A stretch of 34,288 bases of DNA. It comes from Nitrospirae bacterium RBG_13_39_12 (lineage in GTDB: Bacteria > Nitrospirota > Thermodesulfovibrionia > Thermodesulfovibrionales > SM23-35). The notes under the pieces are model-generated. The model worked only from the letters and a program-made list of their open reading frames with translations, was not told where the DNA came from and ran no database searches. Below are positions 16,049 through 27,500 of this stretch, piece after piece. Each line of letters starts with the position of its first letter. The stretch's first letter is position 1. Position numbers and translations under genes: made by a program. Where the stretch lies: contig MHEF01000022.1 of the NCBI GenBank assembly GCA_001805125.1, positions 1 to 34,288 on the forward strand, read 5' to 3'.

Positions 16049-16330
16049 ATGAATATTCGTTATTATATCAACCCGGAAACAGGTCTTCCTCATATCTATA
16101 ATCACAATGTATTTGAGCACGAGGTGGAAGATGTATTATTAAAGCCGGGGGAAGACCGTCTTGGCAAAGAAGGTTCACGAATAGCTCTGGGACAGACAAG
16201 TGCGGGACGTTATTTAAGAGTAATTTATGTTCCAGACCCTGAACCGGAGAGTGTTTTTGTCATAACTGCATTTGAATTGTCCGGCAAACCATTAACAGCA
16301 TATAAACGCAGGAGACGAAAGAAGAAATGA
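16049..16330 (+). CDS. putative type II toxin (BrnT/DUF497-like fold)
   Basis: 93 aa. 'IYNHNVFEHEVEDVL...GEDR...SRIALGQTSAGRYLRVIYVP...VFVITAFEL' follows the BrnT-like pattern and ends in a basic tail. It has a 4-nt ATGA overlap with the downstream small gene. Confidence 0.55.
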   Translation: MNIRYYINPETGLPHIYNHNVFEHEVEDVLLKPGEDRLGKEGSRIALGQTSAGRYLRVIYVPDPEPESVFVITAFELSGKPLTAYKRRRRKKK

Positions 16331-16548
16331 AAAAAAGTAGATTTCCAAAAGGATGGGATGAAAAAAGGGTGAAGAAGGTTCTCGCCCATTATGAGAAACA
16401 GACCGAAGAAGAAGCCTTGGCCGGGGATGAAGCAGCATATGAAGATAAGTCTCAAGCCATTATAGAAATCCCAGTTCAATTAGTATCTACCGTTAGGGAG
16501 CTTATAGCAAAACATCAAATACGTCATTTGAAGAAAACTGCCAGATAA
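16327..16548 (+). CDS. putative cognate antitoxin (BrnA-like partner)
   Basis: 73 aa and acidic ('WDEKRVKKVLAHYEKQTEEEALAGDEAAYED...IPVQLVSTVRELIAKH'). It is translationally coupled to the upstream toxin-like ORF, the classic two-gene TA layout. Confidence 0.5.
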   Translation: MKKSRFPKGWDEKRVKKVLAHYEKQTEEEALAGDEAAYEDKSQAIIEIPVQLVSTVRELIAKHQIRHLKKTAR

Positions 16549-16811
16549 CTTTCAACATCCTGTTTGTTTTGTATTTTAAAGTTACCTGTAACGAAACTAT
16601 CTTCTTATTATTGGAAGAAAAGCATCATCTAACAAAGAAAGACTTGCAATCTACTTCTTACTTCTTGAGAGAGAGGATAAAAGAGTCTAACTTGTTTATT
16701 GATATTTGTAATAGGAAGCAAAGGATTGGGGTCAAAGCTGAATTATACATTTTATAAAACATAACTTTGCTTACAGAGTCAGTCTTTAAATGATGTTGAA
16801 AATCTCCTTTT

Positions 16812-16973
16812 GTCACCCTGAATTCATTTCAGGGTCTCATAATATATTGAATTATTAGATGCTGTTCACCTTGGGCGAATCCGCTTAGGCAGAAAACAAT
16901 CCTGCCCTGAAGAGATTCTGAACCAAGTTCAGAATGACAAGATTAGGGTTTAGCATGACATATTAGGCAGAAA
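16812..16973. repeat. cluster of REP/MITE-like palindromic units
   Basis: GTCACCCTGAA-TTCAT-TTCAGGGTC lies at 16812-16836, and an inverted relative GATTCTGAAC-CAA-GTTCAGAATGAC at 16914-16938. Degenerate half-units are GATGCTG (16858) and AGCATGAC (16952). There is also a 12-nt direct repeat TTAGGCAGAAAA at 16885-16896 and 16963-16974. Confidence 0.55.
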
Positions 16974-16982
16974 AAATATTAT

Positions 16983-18509
16983 CTAACTAAGAGAGTCTCT
17001 CTGCTTACTGCTTACTGCCAGCTTGTTCAGCGCATTTATATATGCCTTTGCAGAGGCAACAATAATATCAGTATCCGCTCCATGCCCTCTGACGCTCCTG
17101 CCACCCTCCTCCAGAGAGACCATAACTTCGCCGAGTGCATCTGTCCCGCCTGTGATAGCCTTGACTTCAAATTTCAATAAACTGCTTTTTGCTTTTGTTA
17201 TAGCAGCTATAGCCTTATATGTTGCATCCACAGGTCCATCACCGTATTCCATCCTGTCAATTACTTCTTCACCAACCTTGAGCTTTACTGTTGCATTAGG
17301 TTTCTGTTTAAGTCCACTTGTTATAGACAAATCAACAAGACTATAAATCTCAGGAACCTTTGTGACTTCCTCAGTAATCAGCGCTGAAATATCTTCATCA
17401 AATATGTCTTTCTTCTGATCAGCAAGCCTTTTGAACTGTTCAAAGGCATTATTCAGTTCATCAGATGTAAGATCATAACCGAGCTCCTTCAGCCGTGTTT
17501 TAAAGGCGTGTCTTCCTGAATGTTTTCCAAGAACAAGTTTTGTAGAATGAAGGCCTACGCTTTCAGGCCTGATAATCTCATAAGTGGTCTTCTCTTTAAG
17601 AAGTCCGTCTTGATGTATGCCTGATTCATGTGCAAATGCGTTAGCTCCAACAATCGCTTTATTTGGCTGCACGGAAATCCCTGTTATCTTTGTAACAAGC
17701 TTGCTGCTTTTCATTATCTCTTCTGTATTTATATTCGTATCAGCATTAAATATATCACGCCTTGTCCTCAAAGCCATGACAACCTCTTCCATAGAACAGT
17801 TACCAGCACGCTCTCCTATACCATTAATGGTGCATTCAATCTGTCCTGCACCGTTGAGCACTGCTGCTAAAGAATTAGATGAAGCAAGACCGAGATCATT
17901 ATGACAGTGTACAGAAATCACGGCTTTATCAATATTTTTAACCTTATCACGAATTGTTTTTATCATTGCTCCAAATTCTGCAGCGATACTATATCCAACA
18001 GTATCCGGTATATTTACTGTTGAAGCGCCGGCATCAATAACAGCCTCAACAACCTCACAAAGGTAATTGATATCAGTCCTTGTTGCATCCATTGGTGAGA
18101 ATTCAACATCTTTAACGAAACTTCGTGCTAATTTTACCATCTCAATAGATCTTTTCAAAGCTTCTTCCCTGCTTACACGGAATTGATATTTCAGATGGAT
18201 GTCAGAAGTAGAATGAAAAGTATGAATTCTTTTCTTGGGAGCGTTTTTTACAGCTTCCCATGCTCTTTTTATATCTTCTTCCTTTGCCCTTGCAAGACTG
18301 CATATAATTGGGCCCTCAACTTCATTTCCTATGGTCTTTATTGCCTCAAAATCACCGATTGAACTGATTGCAAATCCAGCCTCAATAATATCAACTCCAA
18401 GACGTGCAAGTTGTTTAGCAAGCATCAGTTTTTCACCGATATTCATGGATGCCCCTGGTGATTGTTCACCATCCCGAAGTGTAGTATCAAAAATCTTTAT
18501 TTTCCTCAT
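16983..18509 (-). CDS. leuA: 2-isopropylmalate synthase
   Basis: 508 aa. 'IFDTTLRDGEQSPGASM', 'HCHNDLGLA' and the C-terminal LeuA dimerisation/regulatory domain are present. The start overlaps the pssA stop by 4 nt. Confidence 0.9.
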   Translation of the reverse strand: MRKIKIFDTTLRDGEQSPGASMNIGEKLMLAKQLARLGVDIIEAGFAISSIGDFEAIKTIGNEVEGPIICSLARAKEEDIKRAWEAVKNAPKKRIHTFHSTSDIHLKYQFRVSREEALKRSIEMVKLARSFVKDVEFSPMDATRTDINYLCEVVEAVIDAGASTVNIPDTVGYSIAAEFGAMIKTIRDKVKNIDKAVISVHCHNDLGLASSNSLAAVLNGAGQIECTINGIGERAGNCSMEEVVMALRTRRDIFNADTNINTEEIMKSSKLVTKITGISVQPNKAIVGANAFAHESGIHQDGLLKEKTTYEIIRPESVGLHSTKLVLGKHSGRHAFKTRLKELGYDLTSDELNNAFEQFKRLADQKKDIFDEDISALITEEVTKVPEIYSLVDLSITSGLKQKPNATVKLKVGEEVIDRMEYGDGPVDATYKAIAAITKAKSSLLKFEVKAITGGTDALGEVMVSLEEGGRSVRGHGADTDIIVASAKAYINALNKLAVSSKQRDSLS

Positions 18510-19237
18510 TGCATCGTACCTGCCTTATTCGTTTTCCTATTTCTTCGGTAATATATACCTATATTTTCAATTATACCGCCAATCAGGTAAATCATTGCAA
18601 AAACAAAAAGTGCAATTTCCGGGTGTATAATTACAACTGCAATGACCAAAACTATTGCAACCAGGAACCAGAACGGCTTTCTTTTACTGAAATCCAGTTC
18701 CTTTGCACCGTGAAATCTCAGCGGACTGACCATAATTACTGCAAGAAAAAAAGTCAAAACAACAATTAAATGGTTTTTATAAGGGACTGTATCCCACATT
18801 TCATTGTAAAAAATTACTAAAGTTGCAACAATAGCTGCAGCTGCAGGGATAGGCATTCCTGTATATGACTTTGACTCTTTAGAACCCATCTGAACGTTAT
18901 ATCTGGCTAACCTCAATGCACCGCATGCTACAAACAGAAATGCAGCCGCCCATCCAACACGGCCAAAAGGCATTAATGACCATTTGTAAATCAAGACAGC
19001 CGGTGCAACACCAAAGGCAACAAGGTCGGAAAGCGAGTCTAGTTCTATCCCAAACCTTGTTGTGCTGTGTGTAAGACGTGCAACCCAGCCATCAAGACCG
19101 TCAAATATAATGGCTATCATTACAGCCCATGCAGCATGAATGTAATTACCCTTAATCGTTGCGAGGATCGAATAAAATCCTAAAAACATACTGCATAACG
19201 TTAATGTGTTAGGAAGTATGTATATACCTTTTCTCAT
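18506..19237 (-). CDS. pssA: CDP-diacylglycerol--serine O-phosphatidyltransferase
   Basis: 243 aa and multi-TM. It carries the CDP-alcohol phosphatidyltransferase motif 'DGLDGWVARL...GIELDSLSDLVAFGVAPA'. Confidence 0.9.
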   Translation of the reverse strand: MRKGIYILPNTLTLCSMFLGFYSILATIKGNYIHAAWAVMIAIIFDGLDGWVARLTHSTTRFGIELDSLSDLVAFGVAPAVLIYKWSLMPFGRVGWAAAFLFVACGALRLARYNVQMGSKESKSYTGMPIPAAAAIVATLVIFYNEMWDTVPYKNHLIVVLTFFLAVIMVSPLRFHGAKELDFSKRKPFWFLVAIVLVIAVVIIHPEIALFVFAMIYLIGGIIENIGIYYRRNRKTNKAGTMQ

Positions 19238-19449
19238 TATGTAATTATAATAAAAATTTAAGATATTTGCTTAAAACAGGATCTTTTATACCCATCTAAT
19301 ATTCAATCCCTTTGTTTCAATGAATCAAATACAATGAGTTATTCATTTAAACATATCTAGATACATTGTGCTAAAATAATCAACGTCTCATAAAACAAAA
19401 CACTAATATAGTAATGTTCAGCTGATAATTTAAATCCTACAAAGTTATT

Positions 19450-20247
19450 ATGAATGTATTGATTAATGGCATAAACACTTTTTATATTGATACCGGTAAC
19501 CCTGATGCTCTTCCTATAGTTTTTGTACACGGGATGACCCTTGACCACAAGATGTGGCAGCCACAGATCGAGTTTTTCAAGAATAAGTACCGTGTCATCG
19601 CATATGACTTACGCGGACATGGCAAGAGTGAGCAGGGAGATTACCAGTATACGCATAGACAGTTTGCTGATGACCTTATTGAATTGCTTAATTATTTAAA
19701 TATTGACCATGCTGTTCTTTGCGGACTCTCTATGGGTGGCGCTGTATCGCTCCGCACTATAGAAATTTATCCTGAACGTGTTTATGCCATGATACTATGC
19801 AACACTAGGAGTGATCCGGATTCTAACGAAACAATATATTTGCGTGAGAATTCAATCCAATCCATAAAAACCAAAGGGTTAAAACCTTTTTCTGATGAAT
19901 TTTTGAGGTCTATATTTTCTAGGGACAGTTTTGTAAAGCGCCCTGAAATTGTACGGTTTATTCAAAATATTATTTTATCTAATAAACCACTGAGTGTCTG
20001 CGGTACTTTGCTGGCGCAAGCGGCACGGACTGACACAACCCCTACCCTTTCAAAAATCAAAGTGCAGGTACTAATTATATCAGGAGAAAATGATACCCTT
20101 ACGCCTCCTGATATTGCAAAGGCCATGCATGATAAAATTTCAGACTCACAACTGCGCATCATACCTGATGCTTCTCATATAAGCAACCTTGAAAATACAG
20201 AGGAATTTAATAAGCTTCTTTTACAGTTTTTAGAAAAACTTAAGTAG
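19450..20247 (+). CDS. alpha/beta-fold hydrolase
   Basis: 265 aa with 'VFVHGMTLD', the nucleophile elbow 'GLSMGG' and a C-terminal 'DASHISNLE' His motif. Substrate is unknown. Confidence 0.8.
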   Translation: MNVLINGINTFYIDTGNPDALPIVFVHGMTLDHKMWQPQIEFFKNKYRVIAYDLRGHGKSEQGDYQYTHRQFADDLIELLNYLNIDHAVLCGLSMGGAVSLRTIEIYPERVYAMILCNTRSDPDSNETIYLRENSIQSIKTKGLKPFSDEFLRSIFSRDSFVKRPEIVRFIQNIILSNKPLSVCGTLLAQAARTDTTPTLSKIKVQVLIISGENDTLTPPDIAKAMHDKISDSQLRIIPDASHISNLENTEEFNKLLLQFLEKLK

Positions 20248-20272
20248 AGAATAAATCTTCAAAGGTATAAAT

Positions 20273-20926
20273 ATGTCATCTAAAATAAAAATTAAATCAG
20301 GTTACTTTAGTCCAAAGAGGATACACTTTCCTAATGATTATTCAGTTCATCCATGGCTCCCAATGCTTCTGGATGCATATTACTTAATAGACAAGGGCAT
20401 TGACAAGGCTGTAAAGTCAGAATTAAAAAAAGGCAAAAAGCTTGCATGCAGTAAAGGCTGCTCAAACTGTTGCATAACCCATAAGACTATACCTGTTTAT
20501 CCTATGGAACTTGTTGGTCTCTCATGGTATGTTACAGAAAAAATAAGAGGTACAATGCGCGAAGTAGTCAAGAATCAGCTTAAGAAATACAAAGAAAACA
20601 GTCCCTGCCCGTTTCTGCTTGAAGGATCATGCTCAGTGCATCCAATGCGACCGATATCCTGCAGGCAGTTCATCGTATTCAGCACGCCGTGTTATGAGGG
20701 CGAAGACCCATATTATACAAGACGTGAAGATGTACTTTCTCCTATAAAGAAATATGTAGATAAAGCCTTTTTCATAATGCTTCCTTTTTACGGAGTAGAA
20801 AATGAAGCCGAAAGGCTGAAGATAATTGAAAGCGGATATATACACAATATCGTTAAGCTAATTCAGTACTGCAACTGGAAAAGTCTTGCTGATAAAATGG
20901 ATAATTTCGATGCAAGAAATACTTAA
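20273..20926 (+). CDS. YkgJ/CxxCxxCC-type cysteine-cluster protein
   Basis: 217 aa. 'ACSKGCSNCC' together with 'CPFLLEGSCSVHPMRPISCRQF' matches the putative Zn/Fe-chelating UPF0153 pattern. Confidence 0.6.
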   Translation: MSSKIKIKSGYFSPKRIHFPNDYSVHPWLPMLLDAYYLIDKGIDKAVKSELKKGKKLACSKGCSNCCITHKTIPVYPMELVGLSWYVTEKIRGTMREVVKNQLKKYKENSPCPFLLEGSCSVHPMRPISCRQFIVFSTPCYEGEDPYYTRREDVLSPIKKYVDKAFFIMLPFYGVENEAERLKIIESGYIHNIVKLIQYCNWKSLADKMDNFDARNT

Positions 20927-21030
20927 CCCTGAAAATTTCAAAACAGCAAAAAAAGACAGTCATATGAGCTTTATCGGATGATAATCAATTTCATTTTTTA
21001 TTCTAAATATAATCAATAAATAAAATACAC

Positions 21031-21689
21031 TTAAATCACGTTCTTCTTAAATTCTTCTACTCCGATACGTTGTATAAATCGTGGCAGTCTTTCCCTAGCT
21101 TTAGCATTTTTTGAATAATAGTCAACGCATTTCTTTATAAGTTCGAAAGCTTCGTTATCGGTGCGTTTTTCTGCAATTACATCTCCAACGCGCGGTCTCC
21201 CACCAGAATTGCCTCCTATCACAACAGTCCAGCCTTCAGGTGCAGCTAATGCTCCGATATCTCTTAAATAACTTTCTCCACAACATAGTTTGCAGCCAGA
21301 AATACCGAATTTTGTTTTAGCCGGAATAAGACCTTCTTTACCCACATACATTTTTTCAATCTTTGCAGCAAGTCCCAATGAATCTCCCTGTCCAAACTTA
21401 CAGGTTTCTGTCCCCGGACATGCCTGAACATAATGTACACATAAACCCACTGCAGGACCGATATCCATCCCGAGGTCTTTCCACGCATTTTCAATATCTT
21501 CAGGTTTTATTCCGACAAGAGCAATACGCTGGCCTGATGTTATCTTTATTATCCGAACCTTGTACTTGCGTGCAACTTCTGCCAGTTTCTCAAGAATCTC
21601 AGGGGTTAAAACACCCATTGGAATCCTTGGCACAATTGCATATGTTTCTTTGTCCCTTTGCAGAATAGCCCCTTTTATTTCTTCACTCA

Positions 21690-21690
<1 letters not shown>
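21031..21690 (-). CDS. small nitrite/sulfite reductase 4Fe-4S/siroheme-domain protein (low-molecular-weight assimilatory-type sulfite reductase-like)
   Basis: 219 aa. Cys clusters 'CPGTETC' (Cx5C) and 'GCKLCCGE' are spaced as in the siroheme-[4Fe-4S] site. An N-terminal ferredoxin-like half-domain 'IKITSGQRIALVGI' is present. The start overlaps the psd stop (TAATG). Confidence 0.7.
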
Positions 21691-23410
<1,720 letters not shown>

Positions 23411-23777
23411 TTATATTACAACTTCATGATTTTTTCTATTTTAGAGTTGAATTCCAGCAGTTTTTGAAAAAGTACCAATCTGGATAACATGCTTTCAATT
23501 TTGCCTTCTGGAATCCACACCAAATCCATTTCTTCCAGGATAATTCAACATGCTCTAATAGTAAGTTTTTCAATAACCTTCCTGCCTGTTGTGCCTCATG
23601 AATGCCTTTACCTTTAAAATTTTTCCAGATTCCACAAATTCTGTTCGTAATGTAACAAAACTATCTTTCTCATATGTATATACACACTATTAGGGCTTAT
23701 TATATTTTATAGATTAACCCTGATTTTTATTGCCACGGTGATATCTTTATCTTGACAAGAAGGTTTTCTAAAATACT

Positions 23778-24413
23778 TTATATTCCTCTTCTACCCGAAC
23801 CGAAAATATAATTATGAATCTGAAGGTTCAAACGTACTTTAAGCCCGTCTTCGATCATCCATCCAGCAAGGTCTTCGGGTTTAAGAATTCCATAGGCAGG
23901 AGAAACAAGGATGTTGCATCTGTCGAATAAGTTGTATTTATTCATTATATCCTTAGACCATTCATAATCGATCTTGTTCGTGATTACAAACTTCACCTCA
24001 TCAATATTTTTTATAACATTTAGATTTGACATATCCATCTTTCCGCTCATACCACTACCCGGGGTCTTTATATCCAATATAATAACCGCTCTCCTATCAA
24101 TCTCTTTTATACTAAGCGATCCATTAGTTTCTATAAGTACTTTATAGTTATCATTAAGCATTCTTTCAATTAGATGATACACTTCTTTCTGAAGAATAGG
24201 CTCTCCGCCTGTAATTTCTACAAGGTTTATACCGGCTGACTTTACCTGTTTTATAATATCTTCTTCAGAAATTTCATTTCCTTCATAATACGCATATCTT
24301 GTATCGCAATAGGAGCATCTTAGATTGCAGCCTGTTAATCTTATGAATGTGCACGGGATTCCTGCATAAGTTGACTCACCCTGTATACTTCTAAAAATCT
24401 CACATACCTTCAT
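23778..24413 (-). CDS. queE: 7-carboxy-7-deazaguanine synthase (radical SAM)
   Basis: 211 aa. 'EIFRSIQGESTYAGIPCTFIRLTGCNLRCSYCDT' is the QueE-type Cx14Cx2C/CxxxCxxC radical-SAM N-terminus. Confidence 0.9.
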   Translation of the reverse strand: MKVCEIFRSIQGESTYAGIPCTFIRLTGCNLRCSYCDTRYAYYEGNEISEEDIIKQVKSAGINLVEITGGEPILQKEVYHLIERMLNDNYKVLIETNGSLSIKEIDRRAVIILDIKTPGSGMSGKMDMSNLNVIKNIDEVKFVITNKIDYEWSKDIMNKYNLFDRCNILVSPAYGILKPEDLAGWMIEDGLKVRLNLQIHNYIFGSGRRGI

Positions 24414-24514
24414 TTATAATCACCTGTATCTATCACTAAAGCTATTATTGTGCTGAATAAGCACCGATAATGTAAAAAGCTCATTGTCTATTATATAATA
24501 TACAAGGATTGAAA

Positions 24515-27500
24515 ATGGCTTCAGATATACAAACAGCAACTTCATCAAAATATGAAATCTTACGGGAAGTAGTTAAAGACTACCCCGGAATCCTTAGTTC
24601 AACCGAACCACTATTAAATGAACTTAATAATCATCCTAAAAAATGGGGTACTGTTGTAAAAGAAATGCGAACTTATGCCATGAAAAATTTCTATTTACAT
24701 GATCACTACGAAAAAGGCATTGAAGCAGTCAGTACTATTATTGATGTTTTACTGGAAGCTATTACCTTATCTGACATTCCTGTACAACAAGCAGCTATAG
24801 ACTGTCTTTTGTTTTATCTGGAAAAAATACTGCTTGATTGTGAAAATATCAAAAAATATAAATCTGTACTAAATGAATGCTTCACCAATTTAAATAACCT
24901 GCCTGAAAAACAGTTTTTCCTACTGATAACCAACCCTCATCAGTTAAAAAAGCTAGGACAGATCATACTTACAAAGATGCCTGCCGGTTTTGACTTTGAA
25001 GAACTAAATAATCTTTTGTACAGGTCTCTTCTTATAACTTATAAATACTGGCTTAATGTTGAAGACCCTGTAAAATGGTTTAAAAAAACTATAGATACTT
25101 CTTTAGGTGAAAAGTTCAACAACGAAATAGAAGAATCATTTTATTCTGTATCACATGATAATTTTAATAGTTTAATTCTTCACCTTAAGAGTATCAAGAA
25201 ACTTAAAGATCAATCTCTATTCCTCGAAGAACTTTTAAGACTACCAGGGTTTCTACAGTTGGTTAAATTCTATGAAGATATTACCTCTACATTACCTCAA
25301 ACAGGTGATATATATAAAGACTTCAACTTGAAGGTGTCATATCTTCTGAAAATACTTGAAACCAATGGACTTTCCAGTATACATGAAAGTACATTCAGGG
25401 AAATTAATCGTACCATATCAAATGCTATCAAAAATGTACCACCATATAAAATAAAGGATATACTTTCTGAAACATTTGCTATTTTGAAAAATAGTAACAA
25501 TATATATCCTGAAGCAGCTCTTTACTGCATACAGGGGATAGGCAATGAGATATTCAACCTGAATGATAGTAATCTTGTAGAATGGTACATACAGAAAATC
25601 ATCCCATTAGGATTCCAGTACCCGAATATAAAGGGAGCAACCGATGAGTGGCAGGTTAAATCTAACCATGCCCATTTAGAAAATATACGTGTATGGCTGG
25701 AATTGATCGAAAATAATCCAAAATGGTCTAAGTCACTTATTTCTGCTTTAATCATTAATATCACCTTAGGCGGAATACATATAAGTGATACCGATCTTTT
25801 CCAGAAAGACATTACCAAACTTCTTAACAGTGACATCAAACCAGTCTATTACTTAATTAAACAATTGGCCAAATTGTTTCCTGCCTATTTTAGTGAAATA
25901 GGTGCTGAAGGCGCATTACGTGAGGTATCAACTGAACTGGATGAGATTAATGGAAGGTCTGATTTACTTGTACATTTTTTACGAAAACAAAGCCATGTTG
26001 AGAGCAGTGCTCGTGTTGTTAGTCTCATAGAGGAGATTATAAAGTTCTGGCTTACAAGAGACAAAGCCTCTTTAAAAGAATTTTTACCTGAAGATATTTA
26101 TCCTCATGTCGATTCATCAGGTATATACATAGACGAACTCAATATTATTTTTAGCTCTATTTTCAACAGCAAAGGAATCAGTAATATTACTGACCTTTTA
26201 AATTTAAAAGAAGAAGATTTCAAAGCTATTACTGATGAAATTCCCAATGTATCTGAAAAAGAGAAAAGACGGGCATTGCTGACTATTAAATTTTATAAGC
26301 TGCTTGACAAGAAATACAAACTGAACCCTAGGGATATTAAAGACCAACTAAAAATTTCTCAGGGTTTAGGGCTTCCAAATACAGAGTTGCTGATTAATAT
26401 TTTAGAAAAAGGAAATGTCTATGAGCGGCTTGAAGGTATCTTAGGCTATCTGCAATTATTAAAGGATATCATCCTTTCTCCTGAAAGGTATGAAGCTGTT
26501 GAGAATATATTCCGCAAGAGGCATATTGCCGCAGGTATACCTTCAATGTACGGAAGTTATCATGAAAGAAAATTTGATGCGCTTTCTTTAACGTTTCGTC
26601 TGGAGAATTATGCCAACATTCTTTTTGAAGAATTAATAAATTCAATTAATCTCAAATTTATCACAAGAGCTTCATTATTTCAGATCAAAAATTTCATAAA
26701 ACTATTCTTTACTGCCATGCAATTAGATGGGATATCCTCCAGCAGGCTTGAGAATACACTGGAACTTTTATCCGTAGCTTTAGAGGTAAGAAGATTTACG
26801 TTTACACAGTATATCGACATATTCAGGAGCTTTTCAGAAGCTGTTCAGGATATAGTTAATACTTATTACAGCGGCATACATAAAAACAATCTCAGGCACA
26901 TTATACTTCAGCTCGGTTCAGATAAAATATTGCCTAAATACTTTGTACAGCATGACAGGCACAGCGACTTTGAGCTTATTAATATGGTAACAGAAGCGTT
27001 TCTAAGAGACTTTGTTTCCAGCTCTTTTGGTCTACAGCAGCTGGACAATTTTATAATTAAAATACTTAAAACGCTATTTAAACAGGCAGAAGATTTGGAT
27101 ATACAGAATCTGGACTTGCTGATGAGCTACGACCCTAAGAAAGCTTTATCCAGCATTTATACCCCTAATAAAGCCACCTACGACAGAATTCATCTGGGTA
27201 ATAAAGGATATAACCTTATAAGAATGTCATCTTTGGATATCTCTGTTCCCCCGGGTTTTATTATCACTTCAGAGGTGTTTCGTTGCAGACAGGCAATAAA
27301 TAAATTCCGTTTTGTCAGAGATAATCTTAATAAAAAGATTAACAAACAGATTTTGGAACTCGAAAGAGTTACAGGCAAATATTTCGGGCATATTGATAAT
27401 CCATTGCTTGTATCAATAAGGAGTGGTGGGGCAATCTCCTTGCCCGGCATGATGATTTCTTTTCTTAATGTTGGAATTAACGAAGACATTGTAGCAGGAT

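Noticed and set aside
16225-16479. 84-aa minus-strand ORF antisense to the TA pair.
   Set aside because: It is a shadow of the coupled toxin/antitoxin ORFs and has an F/L/G-rich composition.
16569-16757. 62-aa plus-strand ORF after the antitoxin gene.
   Set aside because: It has a TTG start, no SD and no recognisable motif, and it lies in an AT-rich spacer. I kept it only as part of the island description.
19357-19548. 63-aa minus-strand ORF overlapping the start of the alpha/beta hydrolase gene.
   Set aside because: It overlaps a confident gene and the divergent promoter region, and has no motif.
24414-24508. preQ1 riboswitch upstream of queE.
   Set aside because: The only hairpin (GTGCT-TATTC-AGCAC on the minus strand) has a 5-nt loop and no A-rich ACUA tail arrangement. 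It does not fit preQ1-I, II or III architectures.
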